Positions 1 through 7,064 of a stretch of DNA of 11,290 bases are shown here, one piece after another (the stretch's first letter is position 1; every line of letters starts with the position of its first letter). A program made the translations under genes and the position numbers. The notes below the pieces were generated by a model. It did not search any database and was not told the origin of the DNA. It saw only the letters and a program-made list of their open reading frames with translations. Source of the stretch: Oligoflexus sp. (GTDB taxonomy: Bacteria > Bdellovibrionota_B > Oligoflexia > Oligoflexales > Oligoflexaceae); contig JBGSTX010000235.1 of NCBI GenBank assembly GCA_041736305.1, forward strand, positions 1-11,290. The letters are read 5' to 3'.

Positions 1-252
1 ATTCTTAAAAAGGGTCGCAAAAGCGTTCCCAAATCAGTGCTTCATCTCTCGCGTGCGAGAGCTTCCGCGGCAGGACATCAAACCTTGTCCTCTTTCGGCG
101 AAAACTGGAAGCAAACGTCCACGAAAAATACCAATGGTGAGCCGATTTCGGTGATCCGGGAAGAGGCGACTTCCTTAGAGGTATCGAAAGAAAGGCGAGG
201 CAGGGCGAAGTCAAAGTCTGTTTCTCTGCAAGACCAAGAGCTTATTGCCTAG
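1..252 (+). CDS. possible 3' end of an unidentified CDS entering from the left edge (83 codons open in frame +1); may instead be non-coding
   Basis: Frame +1 is open from base 1 to TAG at 250-252 (ILKKGRKSVPK...QDQELIA*) and converges on the 291-323 hairpin. It has no recognisable motif, and the region is hairpin-rich. Confidence 0.3.
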   Translation: MLKKGRKSVPKSVLHLSRARASAAGHQTLSSFGENWKQTSTKNTNGEPISVIREEATSLEVSKERRGRAKSKSVSLQDQELIA

Positions 253-290
253 CAGGGCTTTGAGAAACGGTTTTGAAGATCAGCCAAGAA

Positions 291-323
291 TCTCCATCCA
301 TAGTCAGCAGGCTTGGATGGAGA
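291..323. terminator. stem-loop just downstream of the Hsp70 operon; probable (possibly bidirectional) terminator or 3' stabilising hairpin
   Basis: Perfect 10-bp inverted repeat TCTCCATCCA (291-300) / TGGATGGAGA (314-323), with inner AGTC-AGCA-GGCT pairing. It lies 11 nt past the Hsp70 stop at 335. U-tracts are weak on both sides (TTCTT on minus, GGTTT on plus). Confidence 0.6.
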
Positions 324-334
324 GGTTTAAAATT

Positions 335-3076
335 TTAAGAATGCAAGACGAAGCCTGAGGGAAGACTCTCGCCAAAGAGCTGCTGATTGAGGGCTGCCGT
401 CCGCTTCTGCACCTTCTGCAGCGATTCTAGCACCTCGGCATCGGCGCCGTTCTGCTTCAAACGTTCGAGAAAATCTTGGCGGTAGCTCGGATCGATATCG
501 AGGGCTTTTTCGCCTCTCATGCGGCCCGCCAGCTGATAGAATAGCCCCAGGCGTTGGTAGCTTTTCGCGGGCCAAGGTAAGGCCTTAAGTAGATCTGACC
601 ATTCCTCTACGGCGTGTGCCGGTACCACTGCTTCTGGACCCGCCGAGAGGGGGAAGCGACTGCTGATGCGAGCTAGCGACCAGATGCGTGGTTCGAGCAG
701 ATCCTTCTGCCCGCTGCTGATCTGCTGAGCTAAGACGCGGCCCGTTTGCAGTCGTTTGTCCATCGAAGCCCGCTCGAGAGCCGCTGCTAGACGTATCATC
801 TCCGGCGAAGTGCTCCCATCTTTGCGAAGCTGAGGTAGTAGCTTATCGAGAATGCGGCTCTGCTGGGTCGGATCAAGTCCGCCAGCAACGCGTCTCCACA
901 TCAGCCACCACTGGTTTTCCAGCCTTCTGTCGTCGGCATAGACCTTATTCCAGCCGTGATCAAAGAGCGACCAGAGCTGGCGGATACGTTCCGGATCACG
1001 CGGCGAACCCCAGCCTGGCCGTAGACAGAAACCTGCCAGATAAAGCCAGGCACTCTCATGCTCGGCACTCTTCTGGCGCCGGTGCATGCTTTCTTGCAAA
1101 GGATCCCAAAGCTGTCGCAGGGTACTGAGGGGCCACTCCTCGCGTGGCAGACCCAAGATATCCTCCAGCTGACGAGGCAAAGCTTCGACGCGGAGGCCTT
1201 CGACTACGACGCTGCCTTTGGCAAAGGCTTTTTGTAGTAGCTGGACGGCCTGCTTAATTTTATCGGGCGCTACTCTCGCTTCAGTGGACGCGGCCGCAAG
1301 ACTTTCGTCCTCAAACGTAGAGTTCTCACTCTCGGTGGACTCGAGTGCAAAGTTGAGACGCCAGCTCTGGCTGTCATCTTCCAAAGAACGGCAGCTCAGT
1401 TCGAAAACTCCAGTTTCACGAATCTGTGCCTCGAGCGCAACAGGAACCAGCCCACTCTTATTCTGCCCATTTTTAGGAGCGACTGCCGTCGTCATCGGCG
1501 GCAGCGCATGCCAGCTCAGAAGAAGCTCAGGCGCTGGCATGGGATCTTCGAGACTGCTATAAAGTCTAAACATCACAGGCTGGCCTACCCGCAGGTAGAG
1601 TCCGGGGGGAGCCAGACGCACCAGCTCAGCTCGCGCCTGTCCGCGTGGGACAAGACAGAGATAGTGAAGGCGACCATCGTTGCCGGAGAGTTCGACATAG
1701 AGCGAGCGCGGATAACGGTTCTCGACCAGACTGCTACCGTGATAGCGCTGCCAGGCATACCAGGCCGCACCGCGGGCGATAGCTAAGTCTGGCTCCGGAT
1801 GATCACAGCGTTCGATCTCATGATCGGCTTGCCAGCTCTGCAGGACTTCGCGAATATGTTCCTGCAGAAAAAGCGGCGTCAGCGATCCACCGGCGCAGAG
1901 CAGAGCATCGACCTTCTGCGAACGAAGAAAAGCAGCGAGGTGCCGGGTTATAGCTGTGTCTTGGACAAAGGGAAGACCAAAATTCCGCAGACCGGCCTGG
2001 GGTCTATGAGGCGTATCGTTAGACCCCACTTTGGGGAAAAAGCCGCCCAAAATGAGGTCTTGTAACTCTCCTCTAGAAATCGAAGTGCTGGCGTAGGCAG
2101 CGAAGAGATCAGATCCGCTCGGTAGACTCACATGGAAGAGCTCGTCTGCTGGCCCCTGCTGAGTCAGGACGTCTTCTTTGAGTTGCCTAGCTTGACCAAC
2201 GAGGAGCTGCCAAGCCTGCCGTGGAGCTTCAGTAGCACCGACCAGGCGCTCGCGTAAATTTTCGGCGAGTGCGAGATCGATGTTATCACCCCCTAGGAGC
2301 AAGTGCTCACTCACGCGAAGGCGCGTTATTTTCTCTCCGCCGGCGGCGATGCGTAGGAGCGTGAAATCGCTGGTTCCACCACCGATATCACAAACCAGGA
2401 CCAGCTTTTCGCCACGCTGATTCTTGATCTCAGGGTGGTGACCGAACCAATCGTAGAAAGCCGCCTGCGGCTCTTCAAGCAGTTCTACATCTGCGGGATA
2501 GCCGGCCTGCCGAGCTGCATCTAAGGTAAGTCCCTGTGCGAGATCATCGAAAGAGGCTGGAACCGTGATCACGATGTGCTGCTCGTGGAAGGGCTGCGGA
2601 TCGTCGCCGGCTGCAAACTGTGCATTCCAGGCATTGGCCATATGCTGCAGCAAGAGCTTTTGCACAGCGAGCGGACTGAGGCGCTCATCTCCGCTCAGAC
2701 TCGCCGAACCCCAGGGCAAGATAGCCGCCTGACGTGTGCTCGGAGCACCGACACTCAACCAGGATTTAGCGGCGAAGGCAACGCGATCGGGCTCTTTGAG
2801 TGCACGAAACTTGGCTTCGCGACCCAAAACAAGATGAACGCGTTCGGTCGGGCTCGACCAGGGCAGTTGCCGGGTATTCTGCTTGACCATCGACTTGGGC
2901 ATAAACCAGACGAAGGAAGGCAGCTTAAGCGAACTCCCAAGCTGACCTTCGCCTTCCCACTGAGGGATAGACAGGAGGAGGGGACGTGGGGCGCTCGCAG
3001 CTTCGAGATCGACGTAGGCCAGAGAGCAGTTCGTGGTACCCAGGTCAATCCCTATCGCGTAGCGCGCTTTAGCCAT
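335..3076 (-). CDS. atypical Hsp70-family ATPase (913 aa) with long alpha-helical C-terminal extension (DUF3731-like)
   Basis: Hsp70 NBD motifs GIDLGTT, AAKSW, TVPASF, EEPQAA, DIGGGTSD, GGDNID, AGGS, AIARGAA. These are followed by a divergent beta-rich SBD-like part, an acidic/Ser linker (ESTESENSTFEDES) and about 310 aa of Trp/Arg-rich helical sequence (WLYLAGFCLRPGWG, WWLMWRRVAGGL, FGESLPSG) that I recognise as DUF3731-like. The start overlaps the upstream stop by 8 nt (ATGGCTAA). Confidence 0.93.
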   Translation of the reverse strand: MAKARYAIGIDLGTTNCSLAYVDLEAASAPRPLLLSIPQWEGEGQLGSSLKLPSFVWFMPKSMVKQNTRQLPWSSPTERVHLVLGREAKFRALKEPDRVAFAAKSWLSVGAPSTRQAAILPWGSASLSGDERLSPLAVQKLLLQHMANAWNAQFAAGDDPQPFHEQHIVITVPASFDDLAQGLTLDAARQAGYPADVELLEEPQAAFYDWFGHHPEIKNQRGEKLVLVCDIGGGTSDFTLLRIAAGGEKITRLRVSEHLLLGGDNIDLALAENLRERLVGATEAPRQAWQLLVGQARQLKEDVLTQQGPADELFHVSLPSGSDLFAAYASTSISRGELQDLILGGFFPKVGSNDTPHRPQAGLRNFGLPFVQDTAITRHLAAFLRSQKVDALLCAGGSLTPLFLQEHIREVLQSWQADHEIERCDHPEPDLAIARGAAWYAWQRYHGSSLVENRYPRSLYVELSGNDGRLHYLCLVPRGQARAELVRLAPPGLYLRVGQPVMFRLYSSLEDPMPAPELLLSWHALPPMTTAVAPKNGQNKSGLVPVALEAQIRETGVFELSCRSLEDDSQSWRLNFALESTESENSTFEDESLAAASTEARVAPDKIKQAVQLLQKAFAKGSVVVEGLRVEALPRQLEDILGLPREEWPLSTLRQLWDPLQESMHRRQKSAEHESAWLYLAGFCLRPGWGSPRDPERIRQLWSLFDHGWNKVYADDRRLENQWWLMWRRVAGGLDPTQQSRILDKLLPQLRKDGSTSPEMIRLAAALERASMDKRLQTGRVLAQQISSGQKDLLEPRIWSLARISSRFPLSAGPEAVVPAHAVEEWSDLLKALPWPAKSYQRLGLFYQLAGRMRGEKALDIDPSYRQDFLERLKQNGADAEVLESLQKVQKRTAALNQQLFGESLPSGFVLHS

Positions 3077-4898
3077 GTTCCTGCCTCAAATGAAATTCTA
3101 ATTTCCAAGACTGGGGCGATTCGCTGTGTTGCATAGCCAGCTGCATCGTCCCCAGTTCTGTGAGCTCACTGGTAAGATACACGGGAAGCAGAGTTTCAGC
3201 ATCCTGCTCGCTCGTCAGACGACATGATACCAGATTCAATTCTTCCAATTCAGCCGGTGCATTCCGCACAACGGCTCCCAGTGGATCGCCGGCGCGATTG
3301 TCGGCACTGAAAAGGCGGAAGCTGACTTCCTCGCCAGTCCAGAGACCAAACTGCTCGTCGGGTAGACTCAAAAGCTCACCTTCTTCTGTGCCCTGAGGCA
3401 TGATGCAAAGGCCTTGCAGAAGAGGTTTGCGTCCAGGTATAGCCGGCTCATTGCTTTCGATGCCGATGTAGTAGGAGCGGGCCGCACCCGAGCGAACGCG
3501 GAGTTTCCTCCCTTCGGCTTTGATCGCTGCGAAAGCTGCAGCGCCATGCGCCACAGCGTGATCGAAGCTAGGATTTTCAAGTATGCTCAGTGATTTTCCC
3601 ACCCAGCGTTGGAGCAGGCGGCTGAGGCGCTGACGCAGAGGAGGCGCGTGGAACACCCCACCGTTCAAGAGAACGTGCGTCGGCAAGAGACTGACTTCGT
3701 CGGCCCGCCAACGTTCGCCTATGCGTTCCTGCAGCAGCGACGAAGCTCTGACGTTAGCCTGAGCTTCTTGCAGAAAGTTAGCCAGTTGCTTGGTGATAGC
3801 CGGCTCTTTCTCATAAGGCAGTCCAAGCTCCTGCAGACCCAGCGAACGCTGACGAGGAACTTTGGTCGTCACATCGCAGACGGGAAAGAAGCCTTCGATC
3901 AGGACTTCAGCAACTTCCTGCCGCGTAACCGTGAGACTGATGGTTTGCGTGAAGAGCTGACTCCCACGCCCCGCGATCGCGATGGGAAATTCGTCGAGCA
4001 TGTTAGTGCCGAGCAGGGCCTCCTTAGCGAGGCGTGCCTGATGCTGCAGGGCCTGAAACTGCCATATATCGAGGTTTAGGTTGTGCTTGTCCTGGAGGTG
4101 ATAGGCCAAGGTCAGGTCCATGTTGTCGCCACCGAGCAGTAGGTGACGGCCGACGGCTATGCGATCGAGACGAAGATCGCCTTCTTCTTCCGACACCGCG
4201 ATGAGACTGAAGTCGCTGGTTCCACCACCGATGTCGCAGACCAGGACCAGATCACCGACCTTCAGTTGCTTACGCCAATCTTTGCCCTGCGCGCCGAGCC
4301 AAGCGTAGAAGGCGGCGAGGGGTTCTTCCAGGAGAGTCAGATCCTGCCAGCCCGCTTCGCTAGCCGCAGTTTCGGTCCACTCGCGAGCGAGCATATCGAA
4401 GGAAGCGGGAACCGTTAGCACCAAAGGATGCTCACCGGCGTCGACCCCAGGATGCAGATCGTTCCACGCCGCGCGAATATGCGAGAGAAAATCCCGTGCG
4501 GTTTCGCGAGGTGTTTTTCGACCTTCAATGGCCGATTTATGCGGGAGCAGGGGTTCTTCGACATTCTGTCCGCGCCCGCCGTAGCAGAGCCAGCTCTTCG
4601 AAGAAACGATTGCGCGCTCAGGACTATGCTGAGCTAGTTCACGAGCCCAGCGGCCGACCAGGGGTGCTTGCCCCGAACTATCCCAGGGCAGAGTCCTATC
4701 ATCCGGTGCTATTTCACCATCTGCGGGGATATAGAGCACCGAAGGCAAGAGCCCGTGCTTGAAAATCTGCGCCGGCCCTTCGAGCTGAGGAATCTCGAGC
4801 AGAGCGGGGGAGCTAGCAGAGAAAGGTTCGGCCCAGGAAACCGCGCAGTGCGAGGTGCCCAGGTCGATCCCGATAGGTATACGGTTTCCTGTCGTCAT
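3069..4898 (-). CDS. atypical Hsp70-family ATPase (609 aa), lacking the canonical DnaK helical lid
   Basis: Motifs GIDLGTS, SSKSW, TVPASF, EEPLAA, DIGGGTSD, GGDNMD, NGGV, AVAHGAA. It is colinear with the first ~580 aa of the downstream paralog and ends just after WKLEF (paralog WRLNF). ATGA overlap with the upstream gene at 4895-4898. Confidence 0.93.
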   Translation of the reverse strand: MTTGNRIPIGIDLGTSHCAVSWAEPFSASSPALLEIPQLEGPAQIFKHGLLPSVLYIPADGEIAPDDRTLPWDSSGQAPLVGRWARELAQHSPERAIVSSKSWLCYGGRGQNVEEPLLPHKSAIEGRKTPRETARDFLSHIRAAWNDLHPGVDAGEHPLVLTVPASFDMLAREWTETAASEAGWQDLTLLEEPLAAFYAWLGAQGKDWRKQLKVGDLVLVCDIGGGTSDFSLIAVSEEEGDLRLDRIAVGRHLLLGGDNMDLTLAYHLQDKHNLNLDIWQFQALQHQARLAKEALLGTNMLDEFPIAIAGRGSQLFTQTISLTVTRQEVAEVLIEGFFPVCDVTTKVPRQRSLGLQELGLPYEKEPAITKQLANFLQEAQANVRASSLLQERIGERWRADEVSLLPTHVLLNGGVFHAPPLRQRLSRLLQRWVGKSLSILENPSFDHAVAHGAAAFAAIKAEGRKLRVRSGAARSYYIGIESNEPAIPGRKPLLQGLCIMPQGTEEGELLSLPDEQFGLWTGEEVSFRLFSADNRAGDPLGAVVRNAPAELEELNLVSCRLTSEQDAETLLPVYLTSELTELGTMQLAMQHSESPQSWKLEFHLRQEHG

Positions 4899-5725
4899 AG
4901 TCGATTCTCTTGCATGTCTATTTCAGCGGGAGCGATAATGCGAGCTGAGGCTGCAGCGTGCGGCATGCTCTGCGGCAGGCGGATCGTGCGAGCTTCCCAA
5001 CCCCGGTGGAGGAGTCGACCCCGCGTCTGCACAGCGCTTGCCCCGTTCTCGCGACTCAGCAGACGAAACTTCGAGCTGTCCACTGTGGGTATATTGACCA
5101 CACTGCCTTCGCTCTCTTCGCTGATAGGTTGAATATCGAAATAATCTTGAAGGACGACCTTGATGCCTTGATGCACGACGCGAGCTGCTGCTCCGACCTG
5201 GGCATCTGGCATCCGGTGAATTTCCGCCATTGCAAAATCCAAGAGGCGGCCTCGCTCCTGTAGGCTTCGCAGGAACTGGAGAACGGCAGTATCGGTAGCT
5301 TCACGCGTATGGTGGGCCGCGCCGCTGGCTGCCTTCTGTGCTCTCAGAGCTTGGAGTTCAGCTTCAAGATTCTTCTGCTTGGCATTGTTAGCATCGACCT
5401 CGGCCTGCAGAGTTTCCTGAAAACGCTCCGCTCGGTTCAACTGAGCTTGGGTATCTTGCCGCGCCGCTTGCTCCGCGTTGAGTCGCGTTTCGAGCTCTTG
5501 GGCTTTTCGTGTCATTTCTACTGAGCTCTCTTTAAGAGCTTGCAGCTGCGAGGCATCCTGCGCGCGGCGACGAGCGATGCGCGCTCCGGCTATGAGGCTG
5601 ATCAGGGCAAAGGCCAGCCCCGCTCCGGCAGCGATGATCGCGACCTCCGCATTTTCCTTGAGGAGAGCCATAAAAGTAAGGGCGGCTGAGATCAGCGTGA
5701 GACTCAAAAGTGTGTTGGTCATCAT
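4895..5725 (-). CDS. membrane-anchored coiled-coil protein with C-terminal DUF2760-like (putatively GrpE-like) domain, 276 aa
   Basis: Start re-assigned to ATG at 5725 (AAGGTG RBS 7 nt upstream). Two N-terminal hydrophobic segments (LLSLTLISAALTFMALL; VAIIAAGAGLAFALISLIAGA) precede an ~80-aa Gln/Glu/Ala coiled coil. Then come LQFLRSLQERGRLLDF, QVGAAARVVHQG, LLHRGW and IIAPAEI, typical of DUF2760 proteins as I recall them. Confidence 0.85.
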   Translation of the reverse strand: MMTNTLLSLTLISAALTFMALLKENAEVAIIAAGAGLAFALISLIAGARIARRRAQDASQLQALKESSVEMTRKAQELETRLNAEQAARQDTQAQLNRAERFQETLQAEVDANNAKQKNLEAELQALRAQKAASGAAHHTREATDTAVLQFLRSLQERGRLLDFAMAEIHRMPDAQVGAAARVVHQGIKVVLQDYFDIQPISEESEGSVVNIPTVDSSKFRLLSRENGASAVQTRGRLLHRGWEARTIRLPQSMPHAAASARIIAPAEIDMQENRL

Positions 5726-5814
5726 CTCGGAGCACCTTTCGACCGTTGAAGGGGACTCCAGTTTTAAACGAGCGATAGCAGAGGAACAAGTAAATCCGCG
5801 TGCAAGGCTCCTTC

Positions 5815-5841
5815 TCAAGTTCCAGGTGACTGTGCCGATAG
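5815..5841 (+). promoter_or_regulatory. sigma28 (FliA)-type promoter upstream of the beta-barrel gene
   Basis: TCAAGTTC-N11-GCCGATAG versus consensus TAAAGTTT-N11-GCCGATAA: exact spacing and 13/16 matches. It ends 28 nt before the ATG at 5870, with AAGGAG RBS in between. Confidence 0.75.
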
Positions 5842-5869
5842 TGCCTAGTGAGACTTTGAAGGAGACTTT

Positions 5870-6523
5870 ATGAGAATTATTAACAAAATCGCTCTAGCTT
5901 TAGCCCTGGGTCTGCCAAGTTCGGCAGCATTTGCCGGTCTTAGCTTCGCACCTTATGTAAGTATCAAATCAACCAAGAGCGTTACACCAGGTAAGAAAGA
6001 CCAGTCTACAGAGACTGAGGTCATTAAGCAGCGTCAAGAGTACGGCCTTAGAGCTTCTTTGAGCTTCTGGCGCCTCTTTAAAACTCAGCTTTCCGTCGGT
6101 CAGAGCAAGCTGACCAACACCCAAAAGGTTAGCCAAGTCAAAGATGAATACGGCGAAATCGATATGAACCAGGAATTGAACGTCGATACCTCAGACCCCG
6201 ACAAGCAGCTGCGTCTGACGGAAACTCAAAATGTAGGGAAATTTTCGCTGATTCTCGATCCCAGCTTCTCGATTTTTATAGCGCGCTTTAAGCTCGGTAT
6301 AACGGCTAGGCAGCGGATCATTCAAAAAGACGAAACGGATGTGCCGAGCGTTAAGTTAACTGAGCCTATCACCTATAAGCCTCACTCTGGCGTAGGCTTT
6401 GGTGTCCGCATCACTCCCCGTATGTTTTTTATGGCTGAGTATGAGGTTTATCACTATATGTTCCCGCCCAAATTGGAGCCTTTTGAACGGGAACTCTCGG
6501 TCAGCTATAATATCTCAATGTAA
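5870..6523 (+). CDS. exported protein, probable small (~8-stranded) outer-membrane beta-barrel, 217 aa
   Basis: GAAGGAG RBS and a Sec signal peptide ending AFA. About eight amphipathic alternating strands (e.g. EYGLRASLSF, FKTQLSVGQS, SGVGFGVRI, FFMAEYEVY, ELSVSYNI) with long hydrophilic loops. Confidence 0.75.
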   Translation: MRIINKIALALALGLPSSAAFAGLSFAPYVSIKSTKSVTPGKKDQSTETEVIKQRQEYGLRASLSFWRLFKTQLSVGQSKLTNTQKVSQVKDEYGEIDMNQELNVDTSDPDKQLRLTETQNVGKFSLILDPSFSIFIARFKLGITARQRIIQKDETDVPSVKLTEPITYKPHSGVGFGVRITPRMFFMAEYEVYHYMFPPKLEPFERELSVSYNISM

Positions 6524-6925
6524 ACTTGCAGCTACGGCTGCTGTGTATTTGGGACAGTCAGGACGTAGAAAAAAGAGTGGAATGCGAATCTCTAGCCTAT
6601 CGTTCTCAGGGCCCAACATTTGATAGGTGCCGCGCATATTTCCTGTAGGAGTGGCGAGCGGACAGCCACTTCGATAGGTATAGACCTCGCCAGGCTTGAT
6701 GACAGGCTGCTTGCCTACCACACCTTCGCCAATCACATGTTCTTCGCGACCTTCGCCATCCCGAATGACCCAGTGTCGACTGAGCAATTGGAAGGGGCTA
6801 TGGCCGTTATTCTTAATTGAGATGGTGTATGAATAGATAAAATAGTCGACGCCGCTGTTGCTTTCTTTGGCGATGAAATGCGGTTCGACGCTGACGCTTA
6901 TGCCTGCAGTATCAGCAACGTACAT
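6515..6925 (-). CDS. apaG: ApaG (CorD / DUF525) protein, 136 aa
   Basis: Signature YTISIKN...QLLSRHWVIRD...GEGVVGKQPVIKPG..Y.YRSGCPLATPTGNMRGTYQM...IPLFFL. Start re-assigned to ATG at 6925 after a GGGGAGG RBS. The 3' end overlaps the convergent barrel gene by 9 nt. Confidence 0.96.
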   Translation of the reverse strand: MYVADTAGISVSVEPHFIAKESNSGVDYFIYSYTISIKNNGHSPFQLLSRHWVIRDGEGREEHVIGEGVVGKQPVIKPGEVYTYRSGCPLATPTGNMRGTYQMLGPENDRLEIRIPLFFLRPDCPKYTAAVAASLH

Positions 6926-6973
6926 ACATCCTCCCCTTTGCCGCGCGCAGTGCATTATTTTCTTGCGCCCCCT

Positions 6974-6982
6974 TTTATATCA
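6974..6982 (-). promoter_or_regulatory. possible extended -10 promoter element for apaG
   Basis: Minus strand TGATATAAA (TGn-TATAAA) about 50 nt upstream of the apaG start. No convincing -35. Confidence 0.3.
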
Positions 6983-7064
6983 CAGGGAAGATGCCTTGGG
7001 GAGTCGGGCTTAGAAGGAAAAAAGCAGAAGTTAAACTGGCCCAGCGGCTAAAGCAAGCTTGCCT

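Noticed and set aside
1-60. c-di-GMP-I riboswitch-like GGGTCGCAAAAGC
   Set aside because: No GNRA tetraloop or receptor stem is visible and the element is truncated by the window edge, so it cannot be supported.
90-155. Glycine riboswitch-like CACCGAA / CGCCGAA pair on the minus strand
   Set aside because: Lacks the GGAGA and CTCAGG core elements.
335-4898. Calling either Hsp70 dnaK, hscA or hscC
   Set aside because: The linker, SBD and lid are divergent or absent, and there is no dnaJ/grpE/hscB/isc context.
5726-5818. 31-codon N-terminal extension of the DUF2760-like ORF given in the track
   Set aside because: The ATG at 5725 has an RBS and begins the hydrophobic segment; the extension runs into the divergent promoter. 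The track starts for apaG, the Hpt-like gene and fabG were shortened for similar reasons.
1218-5873. Numerous 60-190 aa alternative-frame and antisense ORFs inside the Hsp70 operon (and similar ones within later genes)
   Set aside because: They are shadow ORFs overlapping well-supported genes, with no recognisable motifs.
6515-6523. 9-nt convergent overlap of apaG and the barrel gene
   Set aside because: Short tail-to-tail overlaps are common and imply no functional link.
7053-7062. Palindrome GCAAGCTTGC next to the Hpt-like gene stop
   Set aside because: A single 10-bp palindrome is expected by chance; it has no usable loop or U-tract.
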